Below are positions 10,559 through 19,939 of a stretch of DNA of 64,000 bases, piece after piece. A program made the translations under genes and the position numbers. The DNA is from Dehalococcoidia bacterium (GTDB lineage: Bacteria; Chloroflexota; Dehalococcoidia; GIF9; UBA5629): contig JBEKIW010000001.1 in assembly GCA_050011565.1 (NCBI GenBank), forward strand, positions 640,207 through 704,206. Reading direction: 5' to 3'. Every line of letters starts with the position of its first letter. The stretch's first letter is position 1. The notes beneath the pieces are model-generated. The model was given only the letters and a program-made list of their open reading frames with translations. It was not told the origin of the DNA and did no database searches.

Positions 10559-12370
10559 TTGCTCAAAAGCCACAGCTGCGGAGAACTAACAGAAAAACAC
10601 ATCGGACACGAGGTAACTTTAGCCGGATGGGTGCACCGGCGGCGCGACCACGGCGGGCTGATATTCATTGATTTAAGAGACAAAGAGGGCATAGCCCAGG
10701 TGGTCTTTAACCCGGAAACATCGAAAAAGGCACATAAAACAGCCAACGAGCTACGCAACGAGTATGTGGCTAAGATAACGGGTAAAGTAGAGAAACGTCC
10801 AGCCGGCACCGAGAACCTGAAGCTGCCCACCGGCAAAATCGAAGTAATCGCCAGCGATATACAAATTCTCAATACAGCCAAAACACCGCCGTTCTATATA
10901 AATGAGGACGTAGAAGTCGACGAAAACCTGAGTCTGAAGTACCGCTATCTCTACCTCAGGCGCCCTAGAATGAAGGACAACATTATACTGCGCCATAAGG
11001 TGGAGAAATTTATGCGCGACTTTCTCGATGCCAAGGGCTTTATCGAGATTGAGACGCCTATATTATTCAAGAGCACGCCGGAAGGCGCTCGCGACTATCT
11101 GGTGCCCAGCCGCATACACCCGGGCAAGTTCTACGCGTTACCTCAGTCGCCGCAGCAGCTAAAGCAGCTATTGATGGTGGCCGGCTTCGAGAAATACTAC
11201 CAGATAGCCCGCTGCTTCCGCGACGAGGACTTGCGCGCCGACCGGCAGCCCGAGTTTGCGCAGCTCGATATGGAGATGAGCTTTATCGATGAAGAGGATA
11301 TACTTAGCCTGCTGGAAGAGATGTTTACCTTGCTGGTGGAAACGGTTAAGCCAGAAATGAAAATACTGAAACCGTTCCCCCGGCTTTCCTATGCCGAAAC
11401 GATGGAGCGGTACGGCACGGATAAGCCGGATATACGCTTCGGGCTGGAGTTGAGAGACCTATCTAAGATTGTTGCCGAATCCGAGTTCGCCGTTTTCCGT
11501 TCGGCTATACAGGGCGGCGGCAAAGTGAAGGGTATATGCCTGCCGGGCTGTGCCGATTACTCTCACAAGCAGACGGAGGAGTTGACCGAGCTGGCAAAGT
11601 CCTCCGGCGCCAAAGGCCTGATAACTCTAGCCCTACCCGCCGGCAGTTTTGACAGCCTGGAGAAACTGATGCCTGATAAGGTCAAATCGGTGGCCGCCAA
11701 GTACCTGACCGCGGAGCAGCTAAAGGAGATAGTCAGCAGGTTTGAAGCTAAAGCGGGCGACCTGATACTAATAGTAGCCGGCGAGGCCAAGATGGTGGAT
11801 AAGGTGCTGGACGAGCTGCGCCGGGAGATGGGACGCCGTCTGGGACTAATCGACCCGAACCTGCTAGTTTTCTTCTTCGTCGTCGACTTCCCGCTGCTGG
11901 ACTGGAATGCGGAAACGAAGCTGTGGGAGCCGATGCACCATCCGTTTACTTCGCCTCGTGAAGAGGATATGCCGCTGCTGGATAAGGACCCGGCCAGGGT
12001 GCGGGCACGCCACTACGACATCGTATGCAATGGCTACGAGCTGTCCAGCGGCAGCATCAGGATTCACACGCGCGAGTTGCAGCAGAAGATATTCCGCCTG
12101 TTGGGCTACACAGACGAGGAGATAGAAGCCCGGTTCGGGCATATGCTGGAAGCTTTCGATTATGGAGCGCCACCCCACGGCGGCATTGCACCGGGCATCG
12201 ACCGCGTGGTGATGCTGCTGGCAGGCGCTGACAACATAAGGGAGGTAATTGCCTTTCCCAAGAATCAAAGCGCCATTGACGTGATGAGCGATTCACCGTC
12301 TGTGGTCTCCAAGGCCCAGCTTGACGAGTTACATTTGAAGCTGGCGGATGAGGAGACCAAGAAGGCTTGA
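10559..12370 (+). CDS. aspS: Aspartyl-tRNA synthetase
   Basis: It has the class II aaRS motifs and an anticodon-binding N-terminus (GWVHRRRDHGGLIFIDLRD). A TTG start follows a strong RBS (aggagg) 7 nt upstream. Confidence 0.9.
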   Translation: MLKSHSCGELTEKHIGHEVTLAGWVHRRRDHGGLIFIDLRDKEGIAQVVFNPETSKKAHKTANELRNEYVAKITGKVEKRPAGTENLKLPTGKIEVIASDIQILNTAKTPPFYINEDVEVDENLSLKYRYLYLRRPRMKDNIILRHKVEKFMRDFLDAKGFIEIETPILFKSTPEGARDYLVPSRIHPGKFYALPQSPQQLKQLLMVAGFEKYYQIARCFRDEDLRADRQPEFAQLDMEMSFIDEEDILSLLEEMFTLLVETVKPEMKILKPFPRLSYAETMERYGTDKPDIRFGLELRDLSKIVAESEFAVFRSAIQGGGKVKGICLPGCADYSHKQTEELTELAKSSGAKGLITLALPAGSFDSLEKLMPDKVKSVAAKYLTAEQLKEIVSRFEAKAGDLILIVAGEAKMVDKVLDELRREMGRRLGLIDPNLLVFFFVVDFPLLDWNAETKLWEPMHHPFTSPREEDMPLLDKDPARVRARHYDIVCNGYELSSGSIRIHTRELQQKIFRLLGYTDEEIEARFGHMLEAFDYGAPPHGGIAPGIDRVVMLLAGADNIREVIAFPKNQSAIDVMSDSPSVVSKAQLDELHLKLADEETKKA

Positions 12371-12395
12371 GCTGTAATATTTCCCCCTCCCTCTA

Positions 12396-12430
12396 GCTCC
12401 CTCCCGCCAGGGGAGGGAGCAACTATTTTT
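12396..12430 (+). terminator. Rho-independent terminator after aspS
   Basis: A perfect 10-bp GC-rich stem (gctccctccc / gggagggagc) with loop gccag is followed by a T5 run. Confidence 0.7.
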
Positions 12431-12473
12431 CGCAGAAGAGGAATATCGTAAGGTATAATATAGGCAGGTAAAC

Positions 12474-13784
12474 ATGAAAGTTTCCACAGAACCGGTTGAG
12501 AACAGCCAGGTAGCACTCAATATCGAGATGGAGCCAATCGAGATAGATAAATATCTCGATAGAGCTTACAATCGACTGGTTAAAAGGGTCTCCGTACCCG
12601 GCTTCCGCAAAGGCAAAGCGCCGAGAGATATACTGGAACGTCACATCGGCAAGGATGCCTTATTCCAGGAAGCTCTGGAAGACCTGATTCCAAGGGCCTA
12701 CAAGGAAGCACTGGATGAGCAAAAGATAGACCCTATTGCTCAACCTCAGTTCGAACTTATAAAAACCGAGCCGTTGATTTTTAAAGCTGTGGTGCCGCTC
12801 AAGCCGACAGTCAAGCTTGGGGACTATACAAAGATAAGAGTTGAATCCAAGCCGGTTAAAATCAGCAAGAAGGATACCGATGCCACCATGGAACAACTGC
12901 GTGAGCAACAGGCTGTACTGCTGCCGGTTGACCGGACGGTACAGTTCGGCGACGTAGTCACTATCGACGTCGAGGGCCAGAGAGAAGGGGGGCCATTCCC
13001 AATCCGAAAGGATGTTGTTTATGAAGTCACCAAAGAAGCGCGGTTACCTCTGCCCGGATTCGCTGAGAATCTGGAGGGAATGACCAAAGGCGAGGAGAAG
13101 AGCTTTACCCTGTCTTATCCCGAGGACTATGAAATGAAGGAACTGGCGGGAAAAGACCATGCCTTCAAGGTTACCGTCAAGGAGATAAAAGAGAAAAAGC
13201 TGGCCGAGATTGACGACGAATTCGCCAAGAGCCTGGGCAAAGACGACGTGGATTCGTTACGAGAACAAATAGAGTCCAATTTGAAAACCAGGGCTGAAGA
13301 GAGAGCGCGGGTGGAGCTGGAGCAGACGGCGGTGGATAAGCTTGTCGAGCTCGGCGAAGTCGAATATCCGCCGGTACTGGTGGAGAAAGAAATTGACCGG
13401 TTACTCAACGAGGAGGCTAGGCATTTTGCCGAAGGCGTCGCCGGGCTGGAGAATTATTTGAAAACGCTTAATAAGACTATGGACAATCACCGGGAAGAAT
13501 TGCGGCCGATGGCCAGCAAGCGTGTCGTCCGGTCTCTGGCTCTGGGACAGCTGGCTGAATCCGAAAAGATAGAAGTGGCTGATTCAGATATAGACGCCGA
13601 GGTAGAAAAGATGGCGCAAGATGCCGACAAGCAGGCTGAGGATGTAAGAAAGTTGTTCAGCCTGCCGCAAGCCCGCGAGTCAATTAAACAATTTCTAATA
13701 GGTCGGAAGTCTGTAGAGCGGCTGGTGGAGATAGCTACAGAGAAAAAGCGAGTTACTCATTCTAGAAAGGGGAAGGCAAAATGA
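12474..13784 (+). CDS. tig: Trigger factor
   Basis: It has the N-terminal ribosome-binding region with GFRKGKAP and a PPIase middle domain. Length is 436 aa. Confidence 0.9.
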   Translation: MKVSTEPVENSQVALNIEMEPIEIDKYLDRAYNRLVKRVSVPGFRKGKAPRDILERHIGKDALFQEALEDLIPRAYKEALDEQKIDPIAQPQFELIKTEPLIFKAVVPLKPTVKLGDYTKIRVESKPVKISKKDTDATMEQLREQQAVLLPVDRTVQFGDVVTIDVEGQREGGPFPIRKDVVYEVTKEARLPLPGFAENLEGMTKGEEKSFTLSYPEDYEMKELAGKDHAFKVTVKEIKEKKLAEIDDEFAKSLGKDDVDSLREQIESNLKTRAEERARVELEQTAVDKLVELGEVEYPPVLVEKEIDRLLNEEARHFAEGVAGLENYLKTLNKTMDNHREELRPMASKRVVRSLALGQLAESEKIEVADSDIDAEVEKMAQDADKQAEDVRKLFSLPQARESIKQFLIGRKSVERLVEIATEKKRVTHSRKGKAK

Positions 13785-14401
13785 AAAATTTACCACAAAA
13801 CATTATTCCTACGGTTATCGAAAGTGGTGCACGAGGAGAGCGAGCCTTTGACATTTACTCTCTGCTCTTAAGAGAACGCATTATCTTTTTGGGGATGCCT
13901 ATTAACGACCAGATAGCCAGCCTGATTATCGCCCAACTTCTTTATCTGGAGCACGAGGACCCGGAAAAGGATATAAATCTTTACATACATTCGCCGGGCG
14001 GTATCATCGCTGCCGGACTGGCCATTTATGACACTATACAGCTCGTGAGGCCGGAAGTATCCACCATCTGTGTAGGGCTGGCTGCTAGCATGGCCACGGT
14101 TATACTTGCTGCTGGAACTAAAGGTAAACGCTACGCTCTGCCTCACTCCACGATTCACATGCACCAGGCAGCTGGCGGCGCCCAGGGGCAGGCAGCCGAT
14201 ATCGAGATCGCGGCTAGAGAGATTATGAGGCTGCAGGACCTGATTCGCAGTATTTTAGTTAAGCATACCGGCCAGACGTTGGATAAAATTGTACATGATA
14301 CCGACCGCGATTTTTATCTGAACGCCGACCAGGCTGTGGAGTACGGCATAGTTGACCAGATTTTAAGCGGGCCGCAGACTAAGGGGCAGAAAAAGGCCTA
14401 A
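13781..14401 (+). CDS. clpP: ATP-dependent Clp protease proteolytic subunit
   Basis: It has the ClpP signature [13 protein letters not shown]...IHSPGG...GLAASMA. It overlaps the tig stop by 4 nt. Confidence 0.9.
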   Translation: MKNLPQNIIPTVIESGARGERAFDIYSLLLRERIIFLGMPINDQIASLIIAQLLYLEHEDPEKDINLYIHSPGGIIAAGLAIYDTIQLVRPEVSTICVGLAASMATVILAAGTKGKRYALPHSTIHMHQAAGGAQGQAADIEIAAREIMRLQDLIRSILVKHTGQTLDKIVHDTDRDFYLNADQAVEYGIVDQILSGPQTKGQKKA

Positions 14402-14405
14402 ATGT

Positions 14406-15371
14406 CTACAGGCGGTGGCCTGAACGCTTTAGGTATTCCTGAGATAGCTGAGATAAGGTCGGCAGACCGGTTCTGGCTCCGACTTTCTTTATGGCGAAGC
14501 CAGCCGCTATATTGCCCAGCAAGCCACATTCTTCAATCCTTTTGCCTTTGAGTAAACCGAAGAGAAGGCCGGCAGCGAAGGCATCGCCGGCACCGGTCGT
14601 CTCCAGCGGGGATTTTCGGCCTGCTTTTTCGGACACAACCTCGTATTCCTTTTCCCCATCGCGTATATAGGCCGTAACCATCCCGGCCTTGCCCTTAGCC
14701 AGACCTTTGCCCAGAGTGACGACGACAATGCGGCAGCCTGATTTCACAAGCTCCCTGGCTCCGGCGTTGAAATCTATGCCGGTCAGCCTTTCAATCTCCT
14801 CACGGTTCATAAAGACGACTTGGGTTCTTTTGAACAAGGGGGCCAAAGCTTTCAATCCCTTAGTGACATAGATCATACCTGGAGCCAGGCTGACTCTGAC
14901 TGAGTCCTTCAGCTTTTTTACTGAGGCGACTTGAAGTTTGAGTTGCCTGTCATCGGCGAAGGAAGACAGATGAACCATCTGAGCCTGGTTCAAATAAGCC
15001 AGGTCTATGTCACTGGAGCTCAGCAAATTGTTAGCCCCGGGGGAGACATATATAGCTCGCCTTCCCAGCTTGTCGCTGATGCATATCGTTGAGCCTGTTT
15101 CCGCTTTCTTAATCCTGATTTGACTGGTATCAACGGCAGCAGTTTTTAAATCATCAATCAATGCCTTCCCATACTTATCTGCGCCTATAGCTCCGACGAA
15201 GCCTGTCTTAAGGCCCAGCCTGGCTAAGCCGTAAATCGTGTTTGCTGCCGAACCTCCAGGGATGGATTCAAAATCTTTCACCGAGTGCTCGCCGTCAACG
15301 ACAAGCTCATCGACCTGACACAGGTGGTCGATGTTCATGGCTCCGAAACCTACTACGTTAATTTTAACCAT
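14406..15371 (-). CDS. PfkB-family carbohydrate/nucleoside kinase (ribokinase-like)
   Basis: It has the ribokinase fold motifs (GGSAANTIYGLARLG, GAGDAFAAG). I chose the MVKINVVGFG start, because the longer ORF-track start would overlap the upstream HAD gene. Confidence 0.75.
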   Translation of the reverse strand: MVKINVVGFGAMNIDHLCQVDELVVDGEHSVKDFESIPGGSAANTIYGLARLGLKTGFVGAIGADKYGKALIDDLKTAAVDTSQIRIKKAETGSTICISDKLGRRAIYVSPGANNLLSSSDIDLAYLNQAQMVHLSSFADDRQLKLQVASVKKLKDSVRVSLAPGMIYVTKGLKALAPLFKRTQVVFMNREEIERLTGIDFNAGARELVKSGCRIVVVTLGKGLAKGKAGMVTAYIRDGEKEYEVVSEKAGRKSPLETTGAGDAFAAGLLFGLLKGKRIEECGLLGNIAAGFAIKKVGARTGLPTLSQLSQEYLKRSGHRL

Positions 15372-15378
15372 GTTGAAT

Positions 15379-16365
15379 TCAGCCCAGCTTAGCTGCCTCT
15401 TCCCGAACAACACAGCGGATTCGCTTGTGGACTTCAAGAGGAACGGCTATACTTTTAATCCCGGAGAGCCAGTGGAAATAGCCCCTGTCGTCGTTGCCAC
15501 CAGCTTTCTCCTCTTCCCTGACCAGTTTTTCCACGGCCGAACGTTTGCCTTTCTTCCACACCTCCAGCACCGGCCTCAGGTCGTCGAGATGTGTAGAGGC
15601 CAGGCCTATAGTGGCGTAGGGTAGGGCATACTCGTTAGCATTGAAGGCAACGGCCAGGCCGCCGGCCTGGTCAACAGCCTGGAGCATTTTGAAATCGGTA
15701 ATGCTGTCGCCGACCACCACCCAGCAGGGTAGAGGCTGCTTTTGAGCCTCGGCAAAATGCCGCAGGGCTTCCACCTTACGCTGACCGCCAACTGGCTGCA
15801 CTTGCTGTACAAGTCGACCCAGACCGGTCCTGGGCAATTCCTTCCAATAAAAGCGGTCCAGCCTTTTCTTTATCCAATTATCATCTATAGGATATCGATT
15901 CAGAATGTCCTTCTCCAGCGTCTCTAAGAAACGGAAGTCCTCTTCAGATAACTCTTTGGAAAATTTTTCCAACGGGAACGACGTGGAGGCGACATGCTGG
16001 GAGAAAATTCCGAGCCGATGGGCCACGCGCTTAGCGTACTGCTCATAGCTGGTGCTGATGCAGAATATCTTCCAGCCCTGAGCGCTAAGTCTGGAGATTA
16101 GACTGACAGCTCCGGGGGTCAAGGTCGCCTTTCTGGCCAATGCGGAAATGTCGTGTTCCTTTATCCCGTGACAGACAAGGAAAGGTGCAATAAGAGCCAG
16201 CGTATCGCCGGGTTCGTAATCAAACCTGGCTACCAGGGTCAGCAAGTCATCATAGCGGCTGATAACCTCAAAAATCCGGCCTCCATCGGGGAAGAGCTTC
16301 ATCAGTTCATAGGCATTATCCTGAGTGGCTAACGGACCTTCGAGGTCAAAACAGATTACGCTCAT
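15379..16365 (-). CDS. HAD-superfamily hydrolase (phosphatase-like)
   Basis: The N-terminal FDLEGPL (DxDG-like motif I) and the later VVGDSITDFKML fit HAD motifs. It is operon-linked to the flanking genes. Confidence 0.55.
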   Translation of the reverse strand: MSVICFDLEGPLATQDNAYELMKLFPDGGRIFEVISRYDDLLTLVARFDYEPGDTLALIAPFLVCHGIKEHDISALARKATLTPGAVSLISRLSAQGWKIFCISTSYEQYAKRVAHRLGIFSQHVASTSFPLEKFSKELSEEDFRFLETLEKDILNRYPIDDNWIKKRLDRFYWKELPRTGLGRLVQQVQPVGGQRKVEALRHFAEAQKQPLPCWVVVGDSITDFKMLQAVDQAGGLAVAFNANEYALPYATIGLASTHLDDLRPVLEVWKKGKRSAVEKLVREEEKAGGNDDRGYFHWLSGIKSIAVPLEVHKRIRCVVREEAAKLG

Positions 16366-17180
16366 TGGGTTCCTACGGCTCTATTTACTTCATCGCTCAG
16401 GTTGTACCCTGATATCGACCTTCCCTCACGGTTAAGCAGTCTGCCGGCTTCTATCTTAACCTCACCTTTACTGAAGGCTTTCAAGGTCGACACGATAAGC
16501 GGGAACTCTCTGGCCAGTCCATGCCGGCGGATAAGCTGAAACAGCGCGTTTTTTTCGCCCTCGTCTTTTTTTATTTCAGCTATTGAGCGGCCATTTAGTT
16601 CGCGCCAGAAGTTATCAAAAGGTTTGCCTCTAATGGGATAAGTGCAGTAAGTTATTACCGGCCCGCTGTCCAGTTCAGGAGTTACCAGATGCATCATTAC
16701 ACCTGATTCGGTGGCCTTGTTCTCAATCAAGGTCCAGATTACTTCCTGCCAGCTGCCTTTAGGCCCGCCGGGAACTGCCGGATGCAGGTTAATCATGTCA
16801 TATCGGTGGCACACCTCTTCCCCGACGATAAGCATATAGCCGGCAAGCACACACAGGTCCGGATGAAAATCATCCAGCCTTTTCATAACCTGCCGGTCAT
16901 ATTCAAGGCGCCAGCCGCGTAATTTTTCGCCCTCCGCCTTGCCTGTTATACCCGATGAGTCTTTAAATTTCTGGGAAGAAAAGCAAATCAGCGGAATTTC
17001 ATAGCTTCGAACTAGCTCAAAAAATAAGTCGCTATCTCTGTCCTCGCCGGGCTCCCGGTTACTAAATGTAAAAACAATCCTGCCTTTTATATCACCGCTT
17101 TGAATTTTCTGGTATACGACTTGTAGAAGCTGTCTTGCTGCCTCGTCTCTGCCAGTGGAAAACCAACCGATGGTCAACAA
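16362..17180 (-). CDS. Formyltransferase-domain protein (PurN/Fmt N-terminal domain-like)
   Basis: It has a formyl_trans_N-like core (HPAVPGGPKGSWQEVIWT, LHLVTPELDSGPVI). It overlaps the HAD gene start by 4 nt. Confidence 0.55.
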   Translation of the reverse strand: MLTIGWFSTGRDEAARQLLQVVYQKIQSGDIKGRIVFTFSNREPGEDRDSDLFFELVRSYEIPLICFSSQKFKDSSGITGKAEGEKLRGWRLEYDRQVMKRLDDFHPDLCVLAGYMLIVGEEVCHRYDMINLHPAVPGGPKGSWQEVIWTLIENKATESGVMMHLVTPELDSGPVITYCTYPIRGKPFDNFWRELNGRSIAEIKKDEGEKNALFQLIRRHGLAREFPLIVSTLKAFSKGEVKIEAGRLLNREGRSISGYNLSDEVNRAVGTQ

Positions 17181-17191
17181 GTGAACCTCTC

Positions 17192-17839
17192 CTAGGACCA
17201 GCGTTTCTTCAATCTATTCCAGGTGCTGACAAAACGAGCTGTTGGGTTTGACTTATTGCCGGAAATCTTTCCCTTAGCCAGAGAAGCCATGAATTCGTCT
17301 TTGCCGTTGAAATCCGGCATTTCGACATAAGCATTACCTATTTCAGGAAGCGTATGCGCATCGCTGCCGGCGCTGGTGGGCTTGTTATATTTCCGCGCCA
17401 GCTCTAAGGCCCTGGTGGAACTGCCTCGCGAAAGGCTGCGGGCATTAAAAGCCTCGATAATATCAACTTGAGGCATCATATCGTCGAATACCTGGTCCCT
17501 AAACACCGAATAACGTAACCTGTCATAGGGGTGGGGAATACATACCAGCCCATCCTGGGCTTTTATCCGGGCTACGGTTTCTTTCATGGACAGCTTACCG
17601 GGTATCTCCCGGCTGAGGAAAAATCCGATGACCTCGCCGTCTGAAGTCAGGATTTCCTCGCCGGCGATAATGGAAAAGGGAGCTATCTCTTTCATCTTCA
17701 GGGCACCGGCCAGTGTGTTATGGTCAGCTATGCCGAGACAGTTGATGCCGACTTCGAGGCAGCGTGCAATTATCTCCTCGAGCGACATGGTACAATCCAC
17801 AGAATATTCAGTATGAATATGAAGGTCAGCTTTTATCAA
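17192..17839 (-). CDS. PHP-domain metal-dependent phosphoesterase
   Basis: The PHP signature is present: DLHIHTEYSVDCTMSLEEII...GIADHN. Confidence 0.75.
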   Translation of the reverse strand: MIKADLHIHTEYSVDCTMSLEEIIARCLEVGINCLGIADHNTLAGALKMKEIAPFSIIAGEEILTSDGEVIGFFLSREIPGKLSMKETVARIKAQDGLVCIPHPYDRLRYSVFRDQVFDDMMPQVDIIEAFNARSLSRGSSTRALELARKYNKPTSAGSDAHTLPEIGNAYVEMPDFNGKDEFMASLAKGKISGNKSNPTARFVSTWNRLKKRWS

Positions 17840-17843
17840 AGAT

Positions 17844-18404
17844 TCAGCTTACCCTTTCCAGATATTCCCCGGTGCGGGTATCAACCTTAATGGTATCGCC
17901 TGTATTTATGAAAAAGGGGACTTTAATCGTAATTCCGGTCTCCAGTTCGGCCGGTTTGCTGCCAGCCGAGGCGGTATCACCTTTGAAGCCGGGGCCTGTC
18001 TCCGTTACCTTGAGCTCCACTGAAACGGGTAATTGTATTCCCACCGGTTTACCTTTATGCGTCTCCATTTCCAGGTTTGCCTCGTCTTTCAAATAGTTCA
18101 GAGTATCGCCGAGCATCGATTTATCCAGCGGTACCTGTTCGAAGGTCTTAGTATCCATGAAGTAGTAAAGGCCGCCTTCATTATAAAGGTATTGTACCGG
18201 GCGGCGCTCGAGGAAGGCTCTGGTGAAAGTTTCACTGGCCTGGAAGGAACGCTCAGTGGTATGGCCGGCACGGACATCGCGAAGCTTTAGACGAACCTGC
18301 GCTGAGCCTCGTCCCATCTTAATATGCTGGTAATCAAGCACCTGATATAGCTGTCCGTCCAGCTCAATGGTTATACCTCTTTTCAATTCTCCGGCGTCAA
18401 TCAT
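17844..18404 (-). CDS. efp: Elongation factor P (arginine-type loop KMGRGSA)
   Basis: The 186-aa protein is EF-P end to end. The loop tip residue is R32. Confidence 0.9.
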   Translation of the reverse strand: MIDAGELKRGITIELDGQLYQVLDYQHIKMGRGSAQVRLKLRDVRAGHTTERSFQASETFTRAFLERRPVQYLYNEGGLYYFMDTKTFEQVPLDKSMLGDTLNYLKDEANLEMETHKGKPVGIQLPVSVELKVTETGPGFKGDTASAGSKPAELETGITIKVPFFINTGDTIKVDTRTGEYLERVS

Positions 18405-18419
18405 AGGATAATCAACCTC

Positions 18420-19496
18420 CTAAGAAATGTTTGCCTTTTTATCGGCTCGAGTCAGGCTTTTCACCTTGCCGTTCTCTATGACAACCGTATCTTCAATTCT
18501 GACTCCACCCCAGCCGGCGACATATATTCCGGGCTCTATGGTAAAAACCATGCCGTCAACCAGCAGGTCCGCAGAATTTGGTCCAAGCCTCGGCGATTCA
18601 TGAGTTTCCAAACCAACGCCGTGTCCTAGGCCGTGACCAAAATCATCGCCATACTTTGCCTGCTCAATAACTGTCCGGGCTAACCTGTCAGCCTGGTCTC
18701 CATTCATGCCGGCTCCAATGGTGGCCAGAGCCGTTAATTGCGCACCCAAAACAATATCATAAATTTTAAAAAAAGTCTTGTCTCCATCACCTATTATAAA
18801 GGTGCGGGTCAGGTCGGAGCAGTAGCCGTTCACCCGGGCTCCCAAATCAATTACCACCGGCATATTTTTGAGAAGTAGTTTTTCCGAGGGCTTGGCGTGT
18901 GGCAAAGCCGCATTGGGGCCGGAAGCCACAATGATGTCAAAAGGCACGGTTTGACTGCCCTTCTCGCGGAGAAATTTCTCCAGTCCCCAGGCAACTTCCT
19001 TTTCAGTCATCCCAGGGCGGAGTATCGATTTAGCGTGGTCGAAGGCGGCGTCGGCAAGCTCAACTGCTTCCGTTATGAATTTTAGCTCCTCAGGTTCTTT
19101 TACGGCGCGAATCGATTCCACCAGACCGGAAACCGGAATAAGCTCAAGCTTGTAGCCGTCATCGTTTATGTTTTTAAAAAGCTTCTCATAGGTGGCAAAT
19201 GGAACCTGGTCAGCTTCAAAGCCTGCCTTTTTGAATCCCAAATCTAAGAGGAACCTGGGCAGCCAGCCGACCATGTCGCCTTTTACATGAATAACATCGA
19301 AGTCGGGCGCTTCCTTTTTGGCCTGCTCAATGTACCTGAAGTCGACGGCCAGGTAAGCGATATTGTTTGAAATAATCAGCCAGCCTGCGGAACCCGTAAA
19401 GCCAGAGAGATATCGTCGGTTTTCCGGCTGGGAGACTACAAGTACACCCAATTCCTTTTGGGCTAAACCGTGACGAAGTTTTTGCAGCCGGCTCAC
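18420..19496 (-). CDS. pepP: Xaa-Pro aminopeptidase / M24 family peptidase
   Basis: It has the creatinase/prolidase N-domain plus the M24 metal ligands (HGLGHGVGLETHE). The aroQ-pepP-efp gene order is conserved. Confidence 0.85.
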   Translation of the reverse strand: MSRLQKLRHGLAQKELGVLVVSQPENRRYLSGFTGSAGWLIISNNIAYLAVDFRYIEQAKKEAPDFDVIHVKGDMVGWLPRFLLDLGFKKAGFEADQVPFATYEKLFKNINDDGYKLELIPVSGLVESIRAVKEPEELKFITEAVELADAAFDHAKSILRPGMTEKEVAWGLEKFLREKGSQTVPFDIIVASGPNAALPHAKPSEKLLLKNMPVVIDLGARVNGYCSDLTRTFIIGDGDKTFFKIYDIVLGAQLTALATIGAGMNGDQADRLARTVIEQAKYGDDFGHGLGHGVGLETHESPRLGPNSADLLVDGMVFTIEPGIYVAGWGGVRIEDTVVIENGKVKSLTRADKKANIS

Positions 19497-19498
19497 TC

Positions 19499-19939
19499 TT
19501 ATTTTTCTACTTTCAGTTCACCGACTAAGATTTGTAATGCAGCGGTATATCCCCGCCAACCAAATCCGCTGATTTGCCCTCTGGCAATTGGAGCAATTAC
19601 CGATTTTGCCCGCCACTCTTCGCGAGCATGGATATTGGATAGATGGACCTCGACAAGCGGCAGTCCGCTGTCAACAAGAGCGTCCCGCAGGGATAGACCA
19701 TAGTGAGTCAGTGCCCCGGGGTTTATGATTATGCCGGCGGCTTGAGAGGCATTTTTCTGGATAAAGTCGATAAGTTCACCCTCGCTATTGGACTGAAAGC
19801 TAACTATATCGGCACCCAGGCTTTTACCCTCCTTTTTTAGAAGGGTATCAATCTGTAGCAATGTTTTATCACCATAGTAGGCTTTATTTCGCTTGCCTAA
19901 CATATTGAGGTTCGGTCCGTTGACAACTAAAATTTTCAT
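19499..19939 (-). CDS. aroQ: 3-dehydroquinate dehydratase, type II
   Basis: MKILVVNGPNLNMLGKR...INPGALTHYG...EVHLSNIHAREEWR. Confidence 0.9.
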   Translation of the reverse strand: MKILVVNGPNLNMLGKRNKAYYGDKTLLQIDTLLKKEGKSLGADIVSFQSNSEGELIDFIQKNASQAAGIIINPGALTHYGLSLRDALVDSGLPLVEVHLSNIHAREEWRAKSVIAPIARGQISGFGWRGYTAALQILVGELKVEK

